Source: Rhynchobatus australiae
Lineage: Eukaryota
Direction of reading: 5' to 3'
Assembly: GCA_034780895.1 (NCBI GenBank)
Contig: JAUZTB010000076.1
Span: 38,522,191 to 38,586,190 of the forward strand
DNA length: 64,000 bases
The notes beneath the pieces were generated by a model that had not been told where the DNA came from, did not search any database, and saw only the letters and a list, made by a program, of their open reading frames with translations. The position numbers and the translations under genes are program-made. Below are positions 11,361 through 23,351 of the stretch, piece by piece. The first letter of the stretch is position 1. Each line of letters begins with the position of its first letter.

Positions 11361-12276
11361 TAACAACTGGGAGTTGAAAAACTCTAACTTAGAATACTGG
11401 ATGCAGAACGGTTGTCAGGAAAGCATGAATTTATTTGGTAAGTAAAGAGTGCTAAAAATCAAGGAAGGTAGAATTGTAGACAAAAGTGGGAAGAAAGTTA
11501 GTATAGAATGTGGTAGAGTGCAATATAGTTGACAGACACCCTGGAGTAATAATCACAATAGGAAGAGTATAAGGAGTGAATGGTGATTNNNNNNNNNNNN
11601 NNNNNNNNNNNNNNNNNNNNNNNNNNNNNNNNNNNNNNNNNNNNNNNNNNNNNNNNNNNNNNNNNNNNNNNNNNNNNNNNNNNNNNNNNNNNNNNNNNNN
11701 NNNNNNNNNNNNNNNNNNNNNNNNNNNNNNNNNNNNNNNNNNNNNNNNNNNNNNNNNNNNNNNNNNNNNNNNNNNNNNNNNNNNNNNNNNNNNNNNNNNN
11801 NNNNNNNNNNNNNNNNNNNNNNNNNNNNNNNNNNNNNNNNNNNNNNNNNNNNNNNNNNNNNNNNNNNNNNNNNNNNNNNNNNNNNNNNNNNNNNNNNNNN
11901 NNNNNNNNNNNNNNNNNNNNNNNNNNNNNNNNNNNNNNNNNNNNNNNNNNNNNNNNNNNNNNNNNNNNNNNNNNNNNNNNNNNNNNNNNNNNNNNNNNNN
12001 NNNNNNNNNNNNNNNNNNNNNNNNNNNNNNNNNNNNNNNNNNNNNNNNNNNNNAGACAGAACATGGCAGGGATTGACTGAAAACAGCTAGAGGGTACGTA
12101 GGAAAGATCAGAATAGCATATGAGAAATGTTATTTGGAAAATGGGAAGTGGTCTTTCCATAGATTTTGTGTCAGGAAGAATTACCAGGCTCAGAGATGCT
12201 CTGGCTAGATAAGGAAATCAAGCTTTCAACAAATCCACCACACAGACTCATTGGGTGAACAGAGACAACTTCTTAC

Positions 12277-12479
12277 CACGCAGCAGGCGGAAGCACTGCC
12301 TGTACTTTTGCAACTGCTCCATCCACAGGAATGAGGAACTGGACATTGTTGAGAGCTACAGGTGTAACCATTGCCTCTGCATTATACTTGTAATCTATTC
12401 GAAGATCAGTGCAGGTAGGTTCACAGCGCCAGCTCACTGCTAGGTTCAATGGTGTGGACTGAATGCCCTGGGAAGACAC
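12277..12479 (-). CDS. SGIP1: SGIP1 muHD exon [21 protein letters not shown]...VQAVLPPAA(W)
   Basis: tctttctttttcggaag acceptor, GTAAGA donor; 203 nt; corresponds to ORF 12273..12479. Confidence 0.96.
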
Positions 12480-14311
12480 CTTCCGAAAAAGAAAGACTGG
12501 TTATTAGTTCCGTGTGATTTGCAGTGTTTTTTTCTCAACAAATGTCTCTTTCAAATGTCCATCTCTTTGAAGGCAGTCAGCTGGAACACTGTGACATTGG
12601 CACGGGTTTTCTCGGGCTACCTGTCCAAGTAATTGTTTGGTACCTGATCCCTGACAGCCGGTGTCATTGGGCCCTCTGATTGAGGAGGACATTATCTGAC
12701 ATTTGCACAGGTTCACTTTTGGGATGATTCACTGGACCAAAGGGTCAGGTTAAAATTTTTGTCCTCATCAAACTCCTTGAAGAACTGCCTTTTAGTCCAA
12801 GATAGAATGCATTTCCTGTAACCAGTCAGCCCCTAACTTTGCAAAAGGGATTTCAAATCAAGTATTAGTCTAATTTTTCCCGGATACAAAATGCCTGGTA
12901 CCTGCTTCTGCTCAAGATCCTGGACAACTTTTATACTGTCATTCTGATATGGTGATTTGTACAACTCTTGTGTGTATTGAATGCATCAACTTCCTTAACT
13001 GACTGTTTAGGCTCCTGTTTAGTGCTGGGAAAGATGGGAGCAGAGCCTCAAATTTCTAGGCAGATGTGATGGAATTACTATTGTGCACATGAGGCATATA
13101 GGGGTAATTTTGACTTTAGGTGATAGTATTAAGTAGATATTAATAAATTCGGTCACCTGTCAACAATGTCACTGATTTTCTTTTAGATACTCCCAGTTGT
13201 AATAGAATAGATATTTCCTGAATGTAACCCCACTGGTTGCTGGTACATGGTCAGCCCATTCACAGAATTCCCCAGCACATGTTAAGTTCTTCAATAACAC
13301 TATTCAGTGAGCCATCTATTTATATTTCTACAATTGGTGCACCACGGCATTTTGGCATCAAGACTACTTGAGAGGCAGGTTCACAGGGTGGGGAAAGATC
13401 ATATGAAGCTTTAACCGCTGGTGTTTCTGGATGAATTTTCTGAGGAATAGAGCCTCACAGAGGGAGAAAATTTGACTGCCTTATTTCCAGTTCCCTTAGA
13501 TTGGTTCTGAAAATGATATCATGCTACCAGTGTATACATTCCATTTAAATCCCACTTCTCACTGAAATAATCACTCATGGGCCAGAGACGGCCTTGCTGC
13601 TTTGTCCATTTAACATGAGAATTCTGGCATTGTCCAATGAAGGAGACGTCTTAAAAGATATTTATATCTTTTAGTCTGCGGAAAGCAATTATTGTTGCGC
13701 TTTCGACTTTTCATTAATAACATCTGTGAATATCCAGCCATTTTGCATGTTTCTTCTCCCCTCATCCTTCCCTCCATTATCTTCAGATGCTTTGTTACTT
13801 TAGCTTGATGCTGCCAGTTTAATTTCACTATAAAGAAGGATGGTGAATCTTCCAGATACAGGACNNNNNNNNNNNNNNNNNNNNNNNNNNNNNGCCAAAG
13901 AACACAAGTCATTTTGACCCTGCCTATTGCTACACCAGGACATGAACTTTACAGACTGCAGGATATCATACTATAGGCATAGCTCCATGAAGGGTACCAC
14001 ATGATGGACTCAGTCTACCTTCCAAGTCTCTCAATCTCAAGGGACAAGTGCTTCAGCAGGCAGTTTACTCTCTGCGTTATACCAAGCAATTTTATATTAA
14101 AAATAACATTTTAACCTTTTATCCTTTGCGCAAAGTGTGATTATAGAATTAGTAATGTACTGCAGATGGCTAAATGGAAACTCTGGGTGAATGCAATGCT
14201 GGGTCATCATTTTAAATTCCAAGTAAATCTGATAAATGCAGAAGTCTAATCTGACAAAATATGTGTTAACTGCTCATTGGTTTAGATTGAGAAAGTCAGA
14301 AATCCACTCAC

Positions 14312-14444
14312 CTGATACTTTAGCATATCCACATTGTAATAAGTAGCCTGTGGTTTCTGCTCAGCCACCTTTTTTAAATGAGTCATTAGATTCGGCATGT
14401 TTACCCAGAATTCTCTTGTTTTGGCATCAGCTTGAGAAGTGTTA
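14312..14444 (-). CDS. SGIP1: SGIP1 muHD exon (S)[44 protein letters not shown]
   Basis: ttttcccatccag acceptor, CAG|GTGAGT donor; 133 nt; visible inside ORF 14282..14515. Confidence 0.96.
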
Positions 14445-14867
14445 CTGGATGGGAAAAAATAGTTAGCCAGCAAAATTAAAGAAGAAAGAAACAGAAAATG
14501 TAAGGCTGAAGCCACAATGGGGCATCACACAAGTTAGTTCACAGTTTGCCCATCCCTCTGAAGTTATGCAAGGTTAATGTGTANNNNNNNNNNNNNNNNN
14601 NNNNNNNNNNNNNNNNNNNNNNNNNNNNNNNNNNNNNNNNNNNNNNNNNNNNNNNNNNNNNNNNNNNNNNNNNNNNNNNNNNNTAATGTGTACAACAGTT
14701 CAAATGACCCAGGCACATTTCAATACATGTTTTTATACAATCTCTAGCCCATTTCACATTTTTAGGGAATAGGGTCCACAATTAAGATGGCTTTGGATAC
14801 CTCCAATCCATATGATAATTCTTACTCCAGAAACCTAGACAATGAATGACAACTTAATTGTCTTCAG

Positions 14868-14997
14868 AGACACAAGAGACCACAGATGCTGGAATCTGGA
14901 GCAGCGAACAAAATGCTAAAGGAACTTGGCAGGTCAGGCAGCATCTTTGGAGGGAAATAGACAGCTGACGTTTTGGATGGAGACCCTTCATCTGGTC
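14868..14997 (-). mobile_element. Penelope-derived repeat fragment
   Basis: cagatgctggaatctggagca...ggcaggtcaggcagcatct...gagacccttcatctgg; same family as 2217. Confidence 0.65.
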
Positions 14998-15146
14998 AAA
15001 CTACTGATCGATAGAGCCTTTTGAGGAGATCTCACAGATCATTTGTACATTGGCAATTTACCTTGTACAAGTAGTTTTAGTGTAGTTTACTATACAAATG
15101 AACTGCTTTTTGTTTTGGATCATGAACGATGTTTTACTGAATTTAC

Positions 15147-15302
15147 CTGCAGAGAAGCTGGGGGTTCGGCAGGATATGCTCCAATCTGCTGCAGTTTGTT
15201 ATGCAGAATGTGAGAACTGCAGGGCACTGGTTATTGGCAAAGTGCCTTGTGATACCAGCTGGAAACGATAGAACCATTTCTCCTGTAATCTTCACAATAC
15301 AC
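15147..15302 (-). CDS. SGIP1: SGIP1 muHD exon (K)[51 protein letters not shown]
   Basis: aacag acceptor, AG|GTAAAT donor; 156 nt. Confidence 0.95.
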
Positions 15303-16189
15303 CTGTTAATTAAAACAAATAGCTAGATGTCAAAATTAAGGAAAAAAAATAAAACAGTTGTGTCAAAAATATCAACCAATGGGATCGAGATTGAGAACAT
15401 AAGTGAAAGATCAAACCACTAAATGCAAACATGAGCGGTTATCTTGAGTTTTGAACAAAACCAGCACTTGAGACTAATTGATTGAAAATTTATTAAAGTA
15501 CAGAATGCTGTAGAATATCAAAAAATGTCATTAGTTGTACTAAAATGCTTCAGGACAAAAGAAGGCTATTCAACACAACAAACCTACGGCTGAAGACCAA
15601 TAAATCAGTTCAGCATGCATACCACTCAGTTTTCTTACAAAAACTGAGCAGCTACGTACTAGTTTTCAAATCAATCATCAGCCTGATTCCTGTGAAATGG
15701 ACATTAAAAGATTGGTCTTTCCAATAAGTCTCATTGGTTGGTGCCAAATAGCTCCTATCCTTCTACCCACCAAATGACTTGAATAATGTATCTACTCTCT
15801 AGTACTAACTGTTCCAATAGGTTATCCTGTTGTAATGGACACAAGGTTGAAAGGTTGATTGGGCCTAAGTACATTCCATGTACGTCTGTTGCCACAGATG
15901 TGAAGGACTTTTTAATGAAGATCATGAACTGCCTCTTATGCAGGAACATGTTAATGAGCTGGCACTTTCTTTCTATTTATATGCCATAAATTATTGTACT
16001 CATCAAAATCCATTATCTTAATCAAGAGAATGCAATACATTTCACATTTCAGAGATGCTACATCAGCATCAAGCACCAGATTAAACTTGTTTAGGCATAG
16101 GGTAAAATACACTACTTTGTTTTAACAATGTTATCTTAGCTGTTGAAACCCTCATCTGTGCCTTTGTAATATAGACTTGAATAATCCAG

Positions 16190-16582
16190 ACGGCTTTTCT
16201 CTTTGGAGAGGAGGATGAAAGGGGTCTTGATAGAGCTGTACATGATGATGAGGCATAGATTGAGTGGACAGTCAGAGACTTTTGCCCAGTGTGACAATGG
16301 CTAACACAAGGGGACATAATTTTAAGGTGAATGGAGGAAGGTATGAGGGGGATGTCAGGGTTAAGTTTTTTTACACAGAGAGTGGTGGGTGCATGGAACG
16401 CACTGCCTGTAGATGTTGTGCGGGCAGATACATTAGGGACCTTTAAGAGACTCTTAGACACATGAACGATAGGAAAATAGGGGGCTATGTGGGAGAGAAG
16501 GTTAGATAAATCTTAGCAAGATAAAATGTCGGCACAATATTGTGGACCAAAGGGCCTGGACTGTGCTGTAATGTTCTATGAT
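16190..16582 (+). mobile_element. CR1 LINE 3' fragment
   Basis: TRGHNFKVNGGRYEGDVRVKFFYT; nearly the same sequence as the 3' end of the copy at 25500-25900. Confidence 0.85.
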
Positions 16583-16589
16583 CCGTAAT

Positions 16590-17020
16590 TCCCAACCAGC
16601 CGCCCTCCAATATCCTCCATAAATTTGACATCCTTTTTCCTCCCCACATCCCAAATCATAAGAAGTCACATTCTACTCACATTGCTGTGCATACTGACCT
16701 ACAAGGCTCCTGGTTAGGCAATACCTCAATTTTAAAATTCTTATCATTGTGTTTAAATCCCTACATTGCCTTGTTCTGTCACGTCTTCCGACCCTACAAT
16801 CTTCAAAGATATCTATGATCTTCCAATTCTGACCTCTTGATCAGTTTTGAATTTAATTGCTCCACAATTGATAGTTGTGGCTTTAGTTGCTAAGCTCCGA
16901 AGTTCCAGAATTTTATCTTTGAACATCCATGTGCTTCTTTAACTCTCTTTCCTCCTTCAAGACACTCCTAAAAATCTGCCCTGAGAAACCTTGATCACTT
17001 GTCCTTATAAGGCTTGATAT
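16590..17020 (+). mobile_element. Degraded L2-like LINE 3' fragment
   Basis: ctgacctacaaggctcctggttaggcaatacctcaattttaaaattcttatcattgtgtttaaatccctac resembles the L2 motif DLHWLPV..R..FKIL..VFK.LH. Confidence 0.55.
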
Positions 17021-17079
17021 CAAAATTTGATGGCACGAACAGCAACATGTGACATTCATCCATTTACTATTTAATCTTC

Positions 17080-18070
17080 TTTTTCTGAGGTGGTCCCTCA
17101 GGACTGAGGGTGACTTGCTTCCACTCTGGTTCTATGGATTCTGAGGTGACTGATGAGGCCAATGTGGAATCTCCAGGCTTACTCTGGGCTTCTGCGTGCT
17201 CCTGATGATTGGACCTGAGGTTCTCAGTGTCATCCCAATTGTTCCTCCTCCACTTTGAGCATTCATAGGCCACAGACTCCTAGGAATCAGCGGGGATGTT
17301 ACATTTTTTCGAAGAAGCTTCAAGAACATCCCTCGAATCTTTTTCTCTGTCTGCCTGGTAACCACTTCCTGAGACAGAACTCAGAAGAGAACCTCTGTTT
17401 TTGAGAGTCTAGTGTGGGACAGGCAAATGATATGGCCTGACCTATAGAACTGACTGAGTTGCAGCTATTGGCCTCAATATTAAAGATGTCAGCCTATTAG
17501 AGGAAGCTAACATTGACTTACTTACCCTTACAGTAGATTTGAAGAACTTAAGGACAGTTTTGGTGGTATCTATCCAGAGAGTTGAAGTAATCCAAGTCTC
17601 AGGAGCATAGAGGAGAGCAGTAAACATTGCTGCCCTGTAGACTATGAGTTTTATGTTGGGTTTGAGGACTTGATCTTCAAATACCCTTTTCCTCAGTTGG
17701 CTGCTGCACTAAAGGCAATGTTTTATCATCAATGTCTCTCTTTATTGAGAGGTAGCTCCAGAGATATGGGAAGTGGACCACATCTTCCAGTGTCTCACTG
17801 TGAACCTTTATTTTCAAAGTGTTGTGCAATGTGTCAGATTGGTAGACGACCTTTCTTTTGTAGATGTTGAGCGTAAAGGAATCCTCTCATGTGTGCCAGT
17901 GAGTGAATCGATGATGACCCAAACATGAGCAAACACAAGAATCAAGTGCTTGCTGCAGCTTGTCTCTTGGTTCTGAGATGCAGGTGATGTAGATTGAGCG
18001 GTATCCCATTAGTTCTACAGATTAGTTTCACTCTAGCAGGAAGCTAGTTGGCGAGGTGCACCATTGAGGT
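17080..18070 (-). mobile_element. Degraded RTE-clade LINE fragment
   Basis: Minus translation YRAAMFTALLYAPETW resembles the RTE motif YRAVV..TLLYG.ETW. Confidence 0.65.
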
Positions 18071-19213
18071 GGGAAAGTGTGGGGCATTAACACAACCTTA
18101 CTTAACACCAGTATGCACTGAAATTAGTGGACCTGTTGTTTGATATCATGGCTTATATGCCATCATGAAGAATACGTCAAATGGAGGTGCATTTCTATGG
18201 TCAATGAAATTTGAGGAAGATTCTCCACAGTCACTCCCNNNNNNNNNNNNNNNNNNNNNNNNNNNNNNNNNNNNNNNNNNNNNNNNNNNNNNNNNNNNNN
18301 NNNNNNNNNNNNNNNNNNNNNNNNNNNNNNNNNNNNNNTGATATGTTTATGAATTTAAGAGTAATGCATTCTTACAATCACAAGTTGTTTTGTAGTTTTT
18401 TTTACTTGGGCTCATTCAAACACATGGAAACACTCTGCAAGTGCATAATTTGAATACTTGTGAAAGTTGCTGGTATCTCTTTAAGGTGTGGCTGCGCCTC
18501 GCTGCCAAGAACTCAGTCAGATTGTTTCCAGTGAAGATATTATGAGACAGTGTTACCTCGGCCTCAGATCGCACCTAATCTGGAACTCTGCCAACAAATA
18601 CAAACTCATCTCATTTTATATAGTTAGCAACAGTTAATAAATTTTGTGTTGACAGCCCCTTAATAATATATTTTATTTTTAAGTTTATTGACAATAACTT
18701 TTGTGTATCACTTAATCAGTTTTAGATATTGGGTCATTGAAAATCAACAGTTCACTGTGCTCTCCCAGGTTTTCCTTTTCTCTCCTCTCCTGAAGGAGGA
18801 TACACAACCTGGGCAATTAATATCTATAAGCAGTGGTTACTCTCTGATGTCATTGTCATTGCCTAAATAGCTATTACTGACAACTAAATGTAGACTTAGT
18901 ATCAGCAGGATACTCTAATTTGATTGACATCATAGCTGATTCCTATCCTAACAGTCAGACTAACCCCATAGGAGTTATTATTTAGCAATAGGAAATGCTA
19001 GCCTTTGCTGATTTTTGATTCCACCCCACGCTCCCCCGCCCCCCCCCCCCATTCAGGAATACTAAGTCCAATTGGAAAATGTTTNNNNNNNNNNNNNNNN
19101 NNNNNNNNNNNNNNNNNNNTACATTTTCCTTGTAGCTGGCCTATGCCATTTAATGTTTTAATGCATGGTTGATTACTGAACATATACCAGTTAGTCTTGA
19201 GCTGTTTACTCAC

Positions 19214-19325
19214 TTGCTTGGATCTGCTCCTTTGAAGTAAGCATTGACAGTTTCTGTAAAGGCTGCAGCAACTGGGAGTGTATCCTGTGCACCCATGGTC
19301 AAGGGACTGGGCCCTCGGGAAGCAC
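19214..19325 (-). CDS. SGIP1: SGIP1 exon (G)[36 protein letters not shown] (start of muHD)
   Basis: ccattgcag acceptor, GTGAGT donor; 112 nt. Confidence 0.96.
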
Positions 19326-21339
19326 CTGCAATGGAAGTAAATACGTTTACCTTTTACCCATTTGTATTGTATGGTAGTAACTTAAATAGTACAACAGCAG
19401 AAGAGCAGCACGCGGGTGAGATAATTTGATGTAGCTTTAATCATGCAGGTGGTTTAAAAAAGAAGCAAACAAAAATAATTAGTACAGATATATGAAAAAG
19501 AAAATGATTTATTCCTTTGAATACTCCTTCTGTAAAACCTTAAAAATCCTGGGATATAAACAAATGGTTTTAACACTTTCTGCACATAAACTGGATTGTA
19601 AATTCCATGTAAATCCCACTAGTAGTTTTTAAAATTAATTTTTGTTTATGATTTCCCACCTAGGGATTTGGACAAATCTCTTCTGGAATTTTGAACAAAC
19701 CCTTTGATGATGTCATTGAGTAAGAGAAAATTTCATTCCAAAAATGAACCACTACTTTCTCGCCTCACTTTCATTAAGGCTTTGACTCACAGTGGATGTT
19801 TGACCTGTATCATCTACACCTGGTGTCTAATGGCCCTGGTAACTCCAGATATGTGAGCCAGCATATAATACATCTCAATCTGTCTTCATCTATTTTTATA
19901 CTTGTATTCACTTCCTTCTGGGGTATCTGGATATCTAAATGGATTAAGCAGCTCAGTTAAAAGTTTCCCTTCCCTAATTCAAAGACCACTGTAGCTAAAT
20001 GCAGCACCCTTACTGGTCCTGGTAAGTAGCTTACACAACACAGACCAAAAAAAAGAACCTGAGATCTCCCTCAACTATATGGCTGGTTTCTATATCAAGC
20101 AACTTATATACCATGAGAGCTAATAAAGTTCATTTAGTTTCTAGTCTTAGAAACACACCCTGGAACTCCAATAATCTTGGGAATGGAAGAGTGAGGTTAG
20201 GGAGGTATGGAGTCAGATGTTAGGGGTGGGGCGATGAAGGAGTGAAGGGGGTAACTGATGGGGGAGAGGGAAGTCAGGTGGAAAGTTTACAACCTCTCAC
20301 ACTCTGGATTTGACTGAAGCTGCTTATTTTAGAAAATTATTTTCTTATTTTCAATGTCTTTATTTCAGTGGAATCTCACCCCTTTCAGAACTCTTAACGT
20401 GCTATATCTAGTAACTCCAACTTTAAAGTGTGCATTTGCTTGTTTTGGGTGAGACTTGCTAATAATAATTTTGTAAACTCAGAAGTAAGAAATTGCCATC
20501 AAACTGATGTGGTGGAGAGGTGCTGGTGTTCAAAAAGTACCCACGTGGCAGTCACAGACTTCAGTGGTTACAGGAGAAAGATGATTCTATATATTTTAGA
20601 CATGGCTTGCAGGCATATTCAAACAACATTACCTTTGTAATTTAGAATGATTGGTTTTTTTGATCTGACTTCTCAAATCCTTTGCATAGATTAATGTTAC
20701 AACATCTCCAGACATATTTTGTGATAAGAACTCCTGGCATTACTAAGATTATGTATTTTAAGTCATTCAGAATCTCAAATGANNNNNNNNNNNNNNNNNN
20801 NNNNNNNNNNNNNNNNNNNNNNNNNNNNNNNNNNNNNNNNNNNNNNNNNNNNNNNNNNNNNNNNNNNNNNNNNNNNNNNNNNNNNNNNNNNNNNNNNNNN
20901 NNNNNNNNNNNNNNNNNNNNNNNNNNNNNNNNNNNNNNNNNNNNNNNNNNNNNNNNNNNNNNNNNNNNNNNNNNNNNNNNNNNNTCAGAATATTAACTTG
21001 CAGGCCTTTATAATTTTGTTAATTTTATTAATTTATTTTATGTGTCCTATAGTTAAGCATTTCATAATTCTATAAAACAAATTCTATTTAGAGGAACGAT
21101 CTATAAATTAATTAGTTAATCACAACTCTTTCCATAATAATCTTTGTTGTTCCTCCATTAATCAAAATTAAAATTCAGCAGGAAGGTTCATAACATTGTA
21201 TGTATTGACCAGGTAAATATTTTATCTTATTTTGTTGAAGGGAAACCAAGTTTGAAAAATGGAACGGAAACTCTGAGAAAAATGAGAATTGTATTATGAG
21301 CTATGCTGGTGGTTGTCTAGTATAATCCTGAATAATACT

Positions 21340-21620
21340 GACCACCACAATGAAGGCGCAATCTTTGCCCTGTGCTGAGCTGTCTAATCTCAGACCTCAG
21401 AACATCAGAGTTAAGGAAGGAGTTTAAAAGAAAAATAAAATTGCTGAGATCCCTTTTCCTGATCATCATCCATCCATCCAGCAAGAGGGGGCTTGGCTCA
21501 CTTGGGATATACCCAGCCATCATATTATGCCAGCAGGCAAAATCTGGGGTTTCTCAACAATGCTAGATACTTGGGTGAGGGGCTGAAGGCAGAACTAACC
21601 TTGGCCTCAGATTCAATGGG
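21340..21620 (+). mobile_element. Ancient SINE-like repeat (LF-SINE-like)
   Basis: gagatcccttttcctgatcatcatcc...ttgggtgagg resembles the LF-SINE core as recalled; highly diverged. Confidence 0.35.
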
Positions 21621-23351
21621 ATGGGAGAAAGGTAAAATAAGACACAGCAGATCTTAAATTTTTGTTGCATAAAATTCCAGTGTTAGGAAATATTAGAGTG
21701 AGCAATATTGACTATTTTGAAACATTCTCCAGTAAACTGCACCAATTTTGTGAGATCTCTCTGTTGTGCATATTAAAAAACCACGGGATGAGTCGATGGG
21801 TTTACTATCCTTACTGACACTTCTGGTAGCCGAGGCATTGGGTTAGCAGCTCAGTTAGAAAAACTGGCCTATTATGAAATGACATCATCACTGGGCTGAA
21901 TCAAGTTAATTTCAATAATAATATAATAATTAATAACTATCGATGAAAAGAGAGAAGAGAAATATTTTTGTAAAAAATAATTAAATTGACATACAGGCTG
22001 CCAAATGGATTTAAGTTTTAGAATAGGCAAACTTGACTACCAATTATATTGATATATGAACCTGCAGGACAATTATATGATTAACATNNNNNNNNNNNNN
22101 NNNNNNNNNNNNNNNNNNNNNNNNNNNNNNNNNNNNNNNNNNNNNNNNNNNNNNNNNNNNNNNNNNNNNNNNNNNNNNNNNNNNNNNNNNNNNNNNNNNN
22201 NNNNNNNNNNNNNNNNNNNNNNNNNNNNNNNNNNNNNNNNNNNNNNNNNNNNNNNNNNNNNNNNNNNNNNNNNNNNNNNNNNNNNNNNNNNNNNNNNNNN
22301 NNNNNNNNNNNNNNNNNNNNNNNNNNNNNNNNNNNNNNNNNNNNNNNNNNNNNNNNNNNNNNNNNNNNNNNNNNNNNNNNNNNNNNNNNNNNNNNNNNNN
22401 NNNNNNNNNNNNNNNNNNNNNNNNNNNNNNGGCAAGGGAGAGAGAAGGACACAGTGTGAGTCACACAGAAAGTCCATCACTCGTAACATGTGGGAAGCCA
22501 GAATGGGGAAATCAAAGCACTGAACCCATCACTGTGCGAAGAGGAGAGTCTCTGCAATGCTATTCTATTGATAAAATCGTCTTTATTTTCTTTGTGAGCA
22601 TCTCAACTCAATTCTGATTTTAGAGTCAGCACTGGTTTATCAATTTTGGTCATTTTGACAGCCCATTACTATTGGAAACCTATAATCTGCATAACAGGTT
22701 GGAAGGCATTGCTTCAGATAATGGTAATGACAGTGACTATTTTTGAATGACTAATGTTATAGTTCACTTGATCAGTGAGTGTGCAGGATATTGAAACTCT
22801 CCACTTTTCTACATGCCGTCACGCAAATTTTAAATCCTTTCAGCTTCAAAAGAACTAAACTATAATATTTTTGAAGATGAGAATTTCTGACATTCTTACT
22901 GACACTCAATGTATTAAGTGATAGAGTTCAGTTTTTATTACCTTTTTATTGCAGATTATCTTCTATGATAAATTGTTGTAATTATAAAATATATCAAGTT
23001 TCCATTATGTAAATCCCTTAAGAAACTTGAAGGTGGATCAGTTGGTGTAGAAGTAGATGCGATGTGTAGAGAGAATGTGAGGNNNNNNNNNNNNNNNNNN
23101 NNNNNNNNNNNNNNNNNNNNNNNNNNNNNNNNNNNNNNNNNNNNNNNNNNNNNNNNNNNNNNNNNNNNNNNNNNNNNNNNNNNNNNNNNNNNNNNNNNNN
23201 NNNNNNNNNNNNNNNNNNNNNNNNNNNNNNNNNNNNNNNNNNNNNNNNNNNNNNNNNNNNNNNNNNNNNNNNNNNNNNNNNNNNNNNNNNNNNNNNNNNN
23301 NNNNNNNNNNNNNNNNNNNNNNNNNNNNNNNNNNNNNNNNNNNNNNNNNNN

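Noticed and set aside
20633-20680. Strong donor AAG|GTAATG suggesting a hidden cassette exon
   Set aside because: The phase-1 reading from nearby acceptors hits a TAA, and the acceptors are weak.
21847-21898. Minus-strand CAGC-cca-GTGATGA...CTGA-GCTG resembling a C/D box snoRNA
   Set aside because: Only ~52 nt, with no C'/D' boxes and no recognisable rRNA guide; likely chance.
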